A DNA stretch of 64,000 bases from Tubulanus polymorphus (lineage: Eukaryota; Animalia; Nemertea): NCBI RefSeq assembly GCF_964204645.1, contig NC_134028.1:15197653-15261652 (forward strand). The letters are read 5' to 3'. Below, piece by piece: positions 37,094-49,236 of the stretch. Every line of letters starts with the position of its first letter. The first letter of the stretch is position 1. A program made the translations under genes and the position numbers. The notes beneath the pieces are model-generated. The model saw only the letters and a program-made list of their open reading frames with translations. It was not told the DNA's origin and searched no databases.

Positions 37094-37305
37094 TAAGATA
37101 AAAACCCACTATCTACAGATTAAAAGAATTTAAAAACAAGAATCTATTTATTCAATCTATAATATATATAAGACACGACGTTTCACACCTGACGATGATC
37201 TCCAGGGTGAGATGGAAACGTCGTGTCTTATATATATTTTAGATTGAATAAATAAATTCTTGTTTTTAAATTCTTTTAATCTGTAGATAGTGGGTTTTTA
37301 TCTTA
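37094..37305. repeat. ~210-bp palindrome, probable inverted Penelope-like pLTR remnant with a hammerhead-like core
   Basis: ~90-bp arms; centre CTGACGA-tgATCTC-cagggt-GAGAT-g-GAAACGTCG. Confidence 0.6.
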
Positions 37306-37651
37306 AAATTCATTTTGTTTATTTCTAAGTTTGCCCGGCAAAATATGACATAGATCCCTCTCCGATAAATGTCCCTGGGTCAAAATCTTCCTGGTAAAAA
37401 GTCCACATCAGATTTCACAATTTTAATAATAATCGCACACTCGAATTTATTTTTCATTTTATATGAGTTTCACTCCTAATTCAAATAGAAATTATTATTA
37501 TTTTCATATTTTTCATTTTTTACTCACTAGCCCTTTCAACCTTTGATATGAAACAACATATTCCTTATTACTCTTAAAATATTCATATATATGAATAAAA
37601 TATAAATGAATAACTTCTAAAATCAATTTTAATAAAAAATTTAGTATGAAA

Positions 37652-40600
37652 ATGGAAGCAAATGAGTACTACTGCCCAACATGTAATATCAATATAGATA
37701 AATCCCAAAAAGCAAGACACAATAAAACTAAAACACATTTAGAGAATAAATTGAAGCTAAAATATAAAGATGATATATTAGAAACTAAATTAGATGAATT
37801 AAAGAATGAAAAAGAAACATACAAATGTGATACATGTAATCAATCATTCAGTGATAAAAGATATTATAATGAACATTTAAAATCTAAAAGTCATATTAGA
37901 AATATGAATAATATTATTTTAGGTGAAGATTATTTTGATAAAGATAATGATAAAAAACAGAAGACAAAATTAAAAGCATAAAAAATAAATTAAACAATAA
38001 AAGACCATACATGGAAGATGTAAGAAAATATATTAATTCATTAGATAATAAAAAAGATATAGAGATAACCGAAGCATTTAGAGGTGATATTGGCCCAGCA
38101 GCTATCGAGTTTAAATTTCATAAAGGAAAAACATTAGAAGAAAATAAAAAACATTTAGAAAATATGAAAGAAATAATAAAAATAATAACTGATGTTGAAT
38201 ACCCTAAAATAAGTATATCTTCTAAAGTTAAATTCATAAAATCTGAAGATAAACCAATATATAATATAAATTCTCATTCACAACATATTATTTCAAAACA
38301 ACATATAGATGATAAATTAGATAAATGTTATAATGAAGTAAAAACTAAAATAGAAGAGAAATATTTTGAAGGATCTGGTTTAATATTTGATGAAATAATA
38401 TTTATGACTTTACATGTTTATAACACAAAATATAATAAGTTAACTAAATCAAAACCAATTGATGAAAATAATTTATCATATTATAAAGAACCAGATATTG
38501 AAGCATCGAGTTATATTAAACTACCATTTAAAACTAATGCTGTTATAAATGTACAAAATTTTGATGATAAATGTTTTCTATGGGCTATAATAAGTTGCTT
38601 ACATCCAACAGAAGATATTACACATAGTTTTAGATTAACTCATTATAAACCATTTGAAAATAATTATAAGATAGATAAGTATCCTGTTAGAATTAAAAAT
38701 ATCCCAAAAATAGAAAGAGATAATAATATAAAGATAAATTTATTCGATTTAATCAAATTACCAAAAACAAAAGGTAATAATATTAAACATTATACATTAG
38801 AACCTTTATATCTATCAAAAGATTATGATTCAAACGATGTTATAGATATACTATATTATGAAAATCATTATATGTGGATTAAACAAATTGATTTATTTTT
38901 CAAATCAGAAAATGATTATACTCGTAAAATATATCTATGTAGAAAATGTTTACATAAATTCAGTAATGAGAGTGCATTATTAAATCATAAACAATTCTGT
39001 GAAAATCATGATTATTGTAAATTAGTTTTACCAAATGAAAAAGATAAAATATTAGAATTCAAAAAATATGATTACAAAAATAAAGTTCCATTTGTTATAT
39101 ATGGAGATTTTGAATCATTAAATAAAGATCTAACTGATCAAGATAGAAAAGAAATATATTATAAAAGAAAGAAATTAAATTCTAATGAAAATGATTTTTC
39201 AGAAGAACCACCAAAAACAAATACTATTAAAAAGATTCATCAATCAGCTGCTGCTTTCGGGTTATATATTAAATCTGATTATCCAGAACTAATTGAAAGT
39301 GAATATTATCATTATAGAAATGAAAATGTTATCAATCATTTTTGTGACTTATTAATTGAATATGAAATAAGATTTAGTAAATTATTGAATACAAATATAG
39401 AAATCATAATGACAGAAGAAGATAAAGAAGCATTTGAGTTTGCAGATAAATATTATTATTGTGAAAAGATATTTAATTATAAAGATAAAAAAGTAAGAGA
39501 CCATGATCATTTGAATGGAAAGTTTAGAGGCGCTGCACATGAGAATTGTAACTTACAAGCTAAGAAAATTAACTTTGTACCAGTTATATTTCATAATCTA
39601 TCAGGATATGATGCACATTTATTCATCAAACAGTTATGCCATAAAATAGAAGAAATTAATAATGAAATAGAAAGATTAAATTCAAATAGATCATAAGATA
39701 AAATACCAACTTATAAATTTAGAATGTTAGCTAAAACATCTGAGAATTATATATCATTCCAATTTGGTTGCCTAAGATTTATAGATTCATATAGATTTTT
39801 AAATAGTTCATTTAATAACTTATCAAAATCATTAGTTGATGATGAATTAAAGATATTAAAAGAATATTACCCAAATAATGATGATTTTAAATTAATGAGA
39901 TATAAAGAAGCAATTCCATATTCTTTCTATAGAATCATAATGATTTTAACATAACTGAATTATTGACAGAATAATTCTATGATGAATTAAAAAAGGAATA
40001 TGTTAAAGATGAAGTATATAATAGGACATTGAATATTTGGAATCATTTTGGAATGAAAAATCATGGACAATTAGTAGATTCATATCTAAAATCAGATGTA
40101 TTATTATTAACCGATATATTCGAAAGGTTTAGAGATGTAAACCTAAAATATTTTAACATTGATCCATGTCATTGTTATTCATCACCAGGTCTTAACATGG
40201 GATTGTGGATTAAAATTTACAGATATAAAAATGGATTTGTTAACAAATATAGATCAATTACTATTATTTGAAAAATCTATAAGAGGAGGAGTTTCAGGTG
40301 TATTAGCTGATAGATATTTCAATGTAAATGATAACCCCGGATATAAGTTATTATATATATAGATGCAAATAATCTATATGGTTGGGCAATGATGGAACCA
40401 CAACCTTATGGAGTATTTGAATTAACTGAAGTTTTACAGAATGAAAATAATGATAAATTTTATTGGAAGAAAAGAATTCTAGATATTGCAGATGATTCAG
40501 ATACTGGTTACTTCTTTGTTGTAGATTTAGAATATCCTGAACATATTAAATTTAAATCTAGAAATCTAGCATACTGTCCCGAACATAAAACCGTTACTCA

Positions 40601-41697
40601 TGAAGAATTATCAAATTATCAAAAAAGAATTAAACCCGAAAATCTTATTCATACAGAAAAGTTAATGGTAACTCAAGAAGATAAATATAATTATGTAGTA
40701 ATTAAAGAATGTTGAAGTTTTATTTGAATCAAGGAATGATTCTAAAAAAAGTACATAGATATATTTCATTCAGTCAATCTAAGTGGTTAGAAAAATATAT
40801 AGATTTTAACACCAAACAGAGAACTGAAGCTAAAACTGATTTCGAGAAAGATTTCTTCAAGCTAATGAATAATGCATTCTATGGTAAGACTTGTGAAAAT
40901 ATTAGAAATAGAAATGATATTGAGTTAGTTAGTAATGGTAAAAGAATTAGAAATTTACAAACATATTCAAGTTCATTGGTAACAGAATATTTGATGAAAA
41001 TTTAGCTGCAGTTAAAATGAGAAGAACATCAATGAAATTCAATAAACCAATCTATGTTGGCGCATCAGTTTTAGAATTATCAAAATTACTAATGTATGAA
41101 TTCTATTATAATGTATTACAACCACTTTTTGGAGAAAAACACATAGAAATATTATATTTTGAACAGATTCTTACATATTAAAGATAAAAACTGATAACAT
41201 AACTGATGATTTAAAAACATTAAAACATCATTTTGATTTTAGTAATTATCCTAAAGATCATGAATTGCTTAGCAATGATAATAAAAAAGTTCCCGGTAAA
41301 TTCAAAGATGAATTAGGTGGTGAAGAAATGATTGAATTCATTGGTATTAGATCTAAAATGTATTCATATAAAACTAAAGAACATGAAGCTAAAAAGTTAA
41401 CCAAAACTAATAACCAAAAATGTAGTAGAAAAGAATATTCATTTCAAAGATTACATCAATTGTATATTCAATGAAGAAGTTAGAAAACATAAGATGAGAT
41501 GTTTAAGATCTGAAGATCGTGAAATGTTTATTGAAGAAATAGAGAAGATAAGTCTAAACCCATTTGATGATAAAAGATATATTTTAGATGATGGAATTCA
41601 TACAGTTGCTTATGGATGTAATTTAGATGAATACTTAAAATTTAAAAGAGAAGAAACAAAAGAGAACGAGATAATGAAAAGAATTCTAACGTGTTAA
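37652..41697 (+). pseudogene. pPolB, fragmented (~1340 codons when reconstructed)
   Basis: Same motifs as copy A. The ZnF ORF (to 37981) is separated from 38011 by a 2-nt insertion absent in copy A. Confidence 0.95.
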
Positions 41698-41726
41698 TCA
41701 AATTTTGATAAAAATATGTTATTAAA

Positions 41727-42068
41727 ATGGAGAGTAAACAAGCACACAGTGAATTCTTAAATAGAATAAAAGATACTTCAAATGTAAAATCTGTAGATTA
41801 TAAATTTAAGAAGTTAACAGAATTAATAATCCATAAGAAATATCTAATTACAAATATTGATACAGTTACTAACAAATATGGAGATAAATTAGTTATACAC
41901 TTAGAATATGAAGGATTAAAAGGAAATACACATAAATTCAGAACATATTTACCAGATAGATTTCATAGATTATCAAGTGAAGATTTAGAAGAATTATGTT
42001 CTGGTGATTTCTATTTCGTATACAAAGGTAAGAATGAAAAGGGGCACCATGAAATAGATTTCGAATAA
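41727..42068 (+). CDS. 113-aa protein, possible OB-fold ssDNA-binding protein
   Basis: Intact ORF directly after pPolB; beta-rich KKLxEL..YxI..KYG..YLPxRF pattern. The fold is inference. Confidence 0.65.
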   Translation: MESKQAHSEFLNRIKDTSNVKSVDYKFKKLTELIIHKKYLITNIDTVTNKYGDKLVIHLEYEGLKGNTHKFRTYLPDRFHRLSSEDLEELCSGDFYFVYKGKNEKGHHEIDFE

Positions 42069-42082
42069 AATATGTAAAATAA

Positions 42083-42841
42083 ATGGTAGAATTAAAAGAA
42101 TACAGAATATTTGTTGATTCTAGAAGACTTACTAATTATAAATCTCATAATTTACTAGTTCAATTAGATAGAGAATTTAAGAATTGTGTTGATTTAAAAT
42201 TAGTTAATATCAGTTTATGTAATTCTTTTCATAATATATCGAATAAAAGTCTTGATCATTTAGCTTTTAAAATTTATGATAGAAATTTGAATAAATGGTT
42301 TCATCTTTATCTAAAACCAGGATTATATAATTTAGAAACATTAGCGCAAGAAATTAATAAAAGAGCTCGTTTAAAAATGGGCTCAGCAGCTGCTCGATTT
42401 GAAATTAAATTTATCAAAAATGATAGTTCGAATAAAATAAGAATAAAGTTAACTAATGAACAACATAGATTTCTAGTAAGAAAACCTTTAGCTAAACTGT
42501 TTGGAATTCTTCCGGATAGACATTATTCAAATATTGATACTTATACAAATATAATACCTTTTACACACTTTTATATTTATTGCAATTTAATCGAGCCTAC
42601 AAAAACTTTCGAAGCAACTAAAGATACAATTTGTAATTCTAGTATATTAAATATTTTACCGCTGAAAAATGTTAAACAATTTGGAACGCAAATAAATTAT
42701 AATTTAGCTGAATGTGATTTCAAACCATGCATTCCTAAATTCAATAATTTTAAATTAGAAATAAGAAATCATAATGGTTATTTAATTGATTTGAATAACT
42801 TTCCTGTAATTTATGAATTAGTTATAAGATGTAGAGAGTAA
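42083..42841 (+). CDS. Putative minor capsid protein (penton)
   Basis: Same motifs as 13445-14203; intact 252 aa. Confidence 0.8.
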   Translation: MVELKEYRIFVDSRRLTNYKSHNLLVQLDREFKNCVDLKLVNISLCNSFHNISNKSLDHLAFKIYDRNLNKWFHLYLKPGLYNLETLAQEINKRARLKMGSAAARFEIKFIKNDSSNKIRIKLTNEQHRFLVRKPLAKLFGILPDRHYSNIDTYTNIIPFTHFYIYCNLIEPTKTFEATKDTICNSSILNILPLKNVKQFGTQINYNLAECDFKPCIPKFNNFKLEIRNHNGYLIDLNNFPVIYELVIRCRE

Positions 42842-42857
42842 TTTTTTCACTATATAA

Positions 42858-43223
42858 ATGAATATAACTGTTGGACCGAGTATATGTTTTGGGTTTGATT
42901 TTAAACATGAGAAAGAAATGAAATTTAACGTTAATGATGTAATTACACATATCAAAAATATCACATTTTCTAATGAAACAACATTTGAGTATGAAACAAC
43001 AATAGATAAAGAAACTTTAAATGTAGAAAAGATTACTAATTTAATTAGACTATCAGTTGGAACTGATGGTTATTCAATGGTATTAAAAAAAGTATATAAA
43101 ATGGGAAGTGTTAATGTTGATAGATTTGATATAAATGATATTTTAAAATTAACGTTAGCAATTACTTTATCTAATTTAACTATTGATTATTTAGAAAAAC
43201 AAAAATATATTCCTCCCATATAA
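42858..43223 (+). CDS. In-frame deletion fusion of two small ORFs that are separate in copy A
   Basis: Junction ATTAGA|CTATCAG near 43049 lacks ~210 bp present at ~13022-13235. Confidence 0.65.
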   Translation: MNITVGPSICFGFDFKHEKEMKFNVNDVITHIKNITFSNETTFEYETTIDKETLNVEKITNLIRLSVGTDGYSMVLKKVYKMGSVNVDRFDINDILKLTLAITLSNLTIDYLEKQKYIPPI

Positions 43224-43247
43224 ATGCATAATTTTTTGGCTAAATAA

Positions 43248-43670
43248 ATGGCTTCTGCAATTATAACTATTATAGGATCGGCAATTGTTAACGCTTTGGC
43301 ATTTACTGGTGGTGGATATTTATTTAAACATATTGATAAAAATAGTTCATTGGGAGAACAAAGAAGACATAACTTAGCATTAGAAAAATATAATAAAGCA
43401 GCAGAAGAATATAGAGAAAAGAGGCAAAACTATATGGATTACATCAATAAAGAATTATATGATCAGAAGATTTCACATAGAGATTTTCAATCAGTTGATG
43501 ATGCAATGAGTTTATATAACGCAGTAACAAATAAAGAAAAATTACATCTATACAAACCTAAATTATCAGATTATTATACCCCGAGTAATGAACAGAAGAA
43601 ATATGAAATAATATGGATTTTAGGCGGAACTGTTATTGTTATATTTGTAGCATATAAATTTACTAATTAG
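43248..43670 (+). CDS. 140-aa membrane-associated protein
   Basis: Homologue of 12402-12824. Confidence 0.85.
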   Translation: MASAIITIIGSAIVNALAFTGGGYLFKHIDKNSSLGEQRRHNLALEKYNKAAEEYREKRQNYMDYINKELYDQKISHRDFQSVDDAMSLYNAVTNKEKLHLYKPKLSDYYTPSNEQKKYEIIWILGGTVIVIFVAYKFTN

Positions 43671-43689
43671 TAATTTTTTTTCTAAATAA

Positions 43690-44125
43690 ATGGAAGATAA
43701 AGTTGATAGTATTGATATTATTCCTCATGATATAAATAAAACTAAATTAAAAATATACTTAGAAAAACAAATATTAGAATTTGAAAGTGATTTAAAAGTT
43801 AAAAAGAAAAAATATTTAAAATCTAAAATTATATATTATTTGATTATAAGTGGTTCGGTTACAATTAGTTCTGTAATAACATTTCTAGCAATATTCAGCC
43901 CATTAACACCTTTAGCTATACCAATTGGCGTACTAGGATTAAGTTCAAGTGTATTAACCGGTATAAGTTCAAAATTAAATATATAAAATAATAAAGAAAA
44001 AATTAAAACTAATATAAAAGAAATTAATAAATTAATGAATACACTAGATTATATAATAAGTTTAAATGGCCATATAACAGTTGAAGAACAAGATAAATTA
44101 TTAAAAGAATTAGTTAATTATATAA
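43690..44125 (+). pseudogene. Two-TM protein, premature TAA at 43984
   Basis: Homologue of 11951-12385. Confidence 0.75.
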
Positions 44126-45514
44126 ATGGCAGATAGTTTTCCAAAAGCTTTCCAATATAATAAATCAATTAAATATAATATTCCAGCAATAGATTTTAAT
44201 AAAGATATTACATATAGAAATGAAGTTTTAGATTCATTAACTAATTTAGAAATTTATGTTACTGAAACTAATAATTTTAATGCAAAGATGGAAAATATAT
44301 TTCATGTATATTTAATTGATTTTAAAAAATTGAAAGATGAAAAACAATGGTTATTAAAATCTAATATGAAGTATTGGCAGAACCAATTAAATTTTGCTGT
44401 TTATTGTGCAACAACAGGTTGTTGAATTAGTTGGAATGATCATTTGAATAATTCTAAATATAAATTAATTCAAAGTTTATTTAGATTTCATACATACTTT
44501 CAAATAAGAATAATATTAAATGAATTAGAGTGCGCTTTACCAGGATCTAGGTATTTTAAAGAATTAGATAATAATATTAATTTAACAAAGTTTTATAAAA
44601 TTTGTAATGAATTTAATATAGATATAAATAATTCTGATTTTAGAACAAAAATTGGAACAATAAGATCACTTCCTTGCCCTAAAAAGATTGCAGAATATTT
44701 TGCACTTCCCATACCATCTAATAGTTTTTATAATATCTATAGTAATAAATTAGGTTATGGTAAAATAGAAACTAAGGATTTAGAAACATTAAATTTCAAT
44801 AAATTACCGAAATTTTATCATCATTTAAAACAAGAAAACAATAATGGTTGGGTTTATTTTATTTTAGAAAATAGTGAAGGTTTTACTAAATCAGGTATAG
44901 AAAGAATAAATTAATCAATTAGAACTTATTTGATATGTATTTTAGGTGCGCAAGTTGAAACAAGATCACCGATAATTGGAAATTTGAATACATCATTTGA
45001 TACACAAAAACAATTAAAAGTTTTATTTGAAGATTCCATACATAATGATAAAAATAGATCGATTCCAGAAAACATTGTAAGATATCAAAATTATTTAGAT
45101 AAATCACATATTAGATTAAATTATTGTATAGGCCCTAATCTATTAATTATTTCTAATGATTTAGAATTGAAGATGGGAAACATAATTGGTTATAATAATC
45201 TAATTAAAACTGCAACAATAAATAATTCATTTGGATTAAATGATATAAATAAAAAGATTATCACTGCTCCAAAATTAATGGAAGGTGAAAAAAATAAAAA
45301 ACATATTCAATCAACTGAAACTAAAACTAATAATTTTAAATTAAATAATGATTCTAAAATAAAAGATTACAATACATTAGAAAATATAAAAACTGATATT
45401 ATTCAACATGATATAATTAAACTAAATGATGATAATAAATCCCATGAAAATACTAAACTAGCTATAACTTGTGTAGGAATTGTAATCGGAGGAATATTAT
45501 ATTTTAAATTTTAA
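44126..45514 (+). pseudogene. Homologue of the 461-aa protein with two in-frame stops
   Basis: TGA at 44423 and TAA at 44912; the fragments share one frame. Confidence 0.85.
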
Positions 45515-45530
45515 TTTTTGTATTATGTAA

Positions 45531-46974
45531 ATGGCAGAAGGTGGAGAAGATATTCCATTGGATGACATGGGAAATAATAATGAGGATATATTGATGATGA
45601 TTATAATGATGCAGAAACTAATTTTGATAATGATGATGAATCAGCATATAATTCTAATTTAGCAGATAGTGGTTCTAAAGGCCAATCAACAGATGAATTT
45701 GATAGAAGAACTAGATCGAGAATAAATCCTGAAAATGAAAATCAAGGTTTAGTAAGACAAAATTTAGAAAATATTGAATTTATGTATGATTTTCAACATG
45801 TATTTAAAGAATCTGGATATAATATAAATGATAGAGGCGCTAGACTTTTAGTACAAGAATTAAAATCTTTAGATGGTGAATATTATTAAAAATTGAAAGA
45901 TGATTATTATATTAACATCTCATATAAAAATCAAAATAAAATATTTACAGGATCAACTTTGGAAAAATTAGAACCAGATAGAATTAAAAGTATAAGTTAT
46001 AATAGTAATGAAATAGAAGATGTAACACAAGAAGAAATAAATCAAAATAAAAGAGTATTTAAACAAAGAATTAATGACTTATTTGAAACAATCGATAATA
46101 ATTTAGAACCGGAAACAACTTCTGAACAGAATAAAACTTCCAAAACTAGTAGACCTAATTCAAGAGAAGTTCAAACTGAAAAACTTTTACCGAAGGGATT
46201 ACTTGATGCAACAAAACAAGAATTAGAAGATTTAGATATATTTTCTGGTAAAGCAATAAGAGAAATTGAAAGTATAAGACATGCATCTGATAAAATTGCG
46301 CATGAAAAAGAAATAAGAGATTTAAAAATTAGAACTTTAGAAAAGGAATTAACTGATAAAAATAAAGAAATAGAACAATTAAAGTCTGATTTAGATCATC
46401 AATTACTTGATGAAATAGAATGTAGGCAAAAGAATTACGTTTAGAAAAAGAAAAAGATGATTTAGAATATAACATAGAATTACAAAAAGAAGAAATTAAA
46501 TTATTATTAAAATCATATGATTATAATATTGATAGATTAAAAGATGTTTTTAAAAGATATCTAATAAAACCAGATTCTAGAATATCATTGAAAGATAGAA
46601 TAAAATTATTATTTAAGTTTGAAGGAATAACAATTCTTTCAATTCTAACAGCTGTAACTATGTTATTTACAACAATTGGTTTAGCAATATCAAATGCTTT
46701 AAAATCTACTCCTACTCCCAATAAACCAGATAAACCCCCAGATAATAATTCTATACAAGATAAAGTTAAGGATGGTTTAAAGAAATTAGCAAAATATTTA
46801 TGGGAACTATCTAAAAAATCTGCATTGACCGGAGTTATTGCATCAATTGTTGGTTTTATATTGAAATCTGCAGGAAACATTATTAACTTTGCTGCTGAAC
46901 ATATTATTTTATTTTTAATTACAGTTGTAAGTGCTATTATTTTTGGATTAGTAAACATGATAAAAAATAAATAA
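45531..46974 (+). pseudogene. Coiled-coil / multi-TM protein, disrupted
   Basis: MAEGGE start after TAAATG; homologous to 9068-10532. Confidence 0.75.
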
Positions 46975-46994
46975 TTAATTTTTTTGTTAAATAA

Positions 46995-48037
46995 ATGAGT
47001 GGGAGTTATATCAATCCTTCTAAGAATCATAGAATATCTAATGATATTAAAGCAGAAAGATCACATCATATAATTACTCATAACCCTTCTAATATTAATC
47101 CCGATGAAACTTTATACGTTAGAATCCCTCGATTAACACAAAATACTTTTTATGTTCCAAATAGTATTTATTTATCAGCCGATATAAAAGTAATCGGTAA
47201 TAATAATAATTATGTTGTTGATAATGTTGGAAGATATTTGATTAAAAAATTAACAATAATGATTGGTCCAGAAACAGTTTTCTCATTAGATGATTATAAT
47301 TTATTGATGCATTATAAAGATTTATGGTTAACTAAAGAAAACAGAAATAATATGATATTTCAAGGCATTCAATCAGAAAACCAAAATAAATTAAGATCAG
47401 GAGCTAATGACGCAATAGTAACTCGTACCGCAGATAATTTGATAAAAAAGATTTATGGAAGCAAATATAAAATTCCATTAGACTTTGAATTGATAAATAA
47501 TAATGCACCTTTATATAAATATTCAAGAAGACGTTATATTCGAGATAACATTTGCTCCTGTAAATGAAATTGTATTATCTAGCGTTGTTAAAGATATGAG
47601 TTATAAATTTTACCATTGCAACATATTCTAATGGTGCAATACAGGTTGATAAGTATTAAAATCCTGAAATAACAAAAGTAGAAATAACTATCGAAGGAAT
47701 AGCAAATAAAATATTTTGTCAAGGAATGAGAATGATAGATCAGTGGCCAGAAATTAGAAAACATTTTATGAATGAAAAAGTAAAATCGTCTGAAAATTGT
47801 AATATTAATCAAATTGATTATTATACCGGCAATAGATATGCATTATGGTTAGATTTTAGAACAACAGAGGATAATTCATTACATGGTTCTGGAAAAAAAC
47901 TACAAAATACTAAAGATGGAATACAATTATTCATGACGAAGAAAAAAGGAAGCTTAAATTTTAAAATGCACATTTATATTATATCTGACGCACAATTAAA
48001 TATTGTAAATTCTCAATTAAATAGTGTTATGTATTAA
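46995..48037 (+). pseudogene. Putative major capsid protein, frameshifted with ~200-bp internal deletion
   Basis: 5-nt deletion near 47520 and large deletion near 47610 relative to copy A. Confidence 0.72.
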
Positions 48038-48069
48038 AATTTTAACTTTAATAAAAAATCTTATATTAA

Positions 48070-49014
48070 ATGGAAGGTGGTAAAGTATATAAACATATTC
48101 CATACATCGATACACATGAAAATAATGATGGTTTATATTATGTAATACCTTGTAATATAGCTTTGATATTTGATCCTATTTTCAAAATTTATAAAACTAA
48201 ACTAATAGAAATCGATAATAATAAAGGTGGTGTTGTTGATAATTTAAGTAATGTAATACCTTCTACATCTAATAATGTAATACCTACTACATCTAATAAT
48301 GTAATACCTACTACATCTAATAATGTAATACCTACTACATCTAATAATGTAATACCTTCTACATCTAATAATGTAATACCTACTACATCTAATAATGTAA
48401 TACCTACTACATCTAATAATGTAATACCTACTACATCTAATAATGTAATATCTTCTACATCTAATAATGTAATACCTACTACATCTAATAATGTAATACC
48501 TACTACATATAATAATGCAATAATATTAAATGTTAGTAAAAATAGAAATTATTGTGATTATTGTAAAGGTGAATTTTCAAACGCTCCATCATATTGGAAT
48601 AAACATATGAATACAAATTCACATATTACTAATTTTATAGAACGTGTTGGTTTAAGAGAATTTATAGAACACCCATTTAGATATGTTACAAAGTTTGTTT
48701 CAAATAAAAAAGTAAATGGTAAAGAATTATATGAAGATTTTTTATTAGCAACACCTAATAAAGATGAATTAGATTTAACTGATGCTAATGAAATATTAGG
48801 ATCAAACACTGTAAATGAAATATTAGGAGCAAACACTAATAAAGATAATAATGAAAATACAGGAAAGCGCATTGATAATAAAGATAAATTTGATTGGATG
48901 AATAAGCATAACAATGAAACAACTATTGATGATTCGGTAAAAAAGGTGAAAAATAAGTATAAGAATAATAAAGAATTAGAAGAAGATACGGTAGAGAGTT
49001 TGAATAAATTGTAA
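48070..49014 (+). CDS. 314-aa protein with ~11 NNVIPTTS repeats and a zinc finger
   Basis: ORF track; 24-bp repeat at ~48248-48515. Confidence 0.8.
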   Translation: MEGGKVYKHIPYIDTHENNDGLYYVIPCNIALIFDPIFKIYKTKLIEIDNNKGGVVDNLSNVIPSTSNNVIPTTSNNVIPTTSNNVIPTTSNNVIPSTSNNVIPTTSNNVIPTTSNNVIPTTSNNVISSTSNNVIPTTSNNVIPTTYNNAIILNVSKNRNYCDYCKGEFSNAPSYWNKHMNTNSHITNFIERVGLREFIEHPFRYVTKFVSNKKVNGKELYEDFLLATPNKDELDLTDANEILGSNTVNEILGANTNKDNNENTGKRIDNKDKFDWMNKHNNETTIDDSVKKVKNKYKNNKELEEDTVESLNKL

Positions 49015-49127
49015 GGGTCTGATAGTGAAAGTGATTCAGAAATTAATTATCTAACACTCAAAAAGTAATAAAGGTTGAAAATTGTATAAAATAATAGTAA
49101 ATAAAAAAGGGGGTTTTAAGTATTTAA

Positions 49128-49222
49128 GGTATCTAATAGGGTATCAGGTATTAGGGTATCAGGTATTAGGGTATCTAATGGGGTATCAGGTATTAGGGTA
49201 TCTAATAGGGTATCTAATACAT
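49128..49222. repeat. GGTATC(T/A) repeat cluster between the convergent arms
   Basis: Reverse-complement counterpart of 6694-6770. Confidence 0.8.
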
Positions 49223-49236
49223 AGATATGAAAATAG

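Noticed and set aside
39694-39696. Alternative genetic code (TAA as sense) explaining in-frame stops
   Set aside because: TAA terminates most intact genes, and frameshifts co-occur with the stops.
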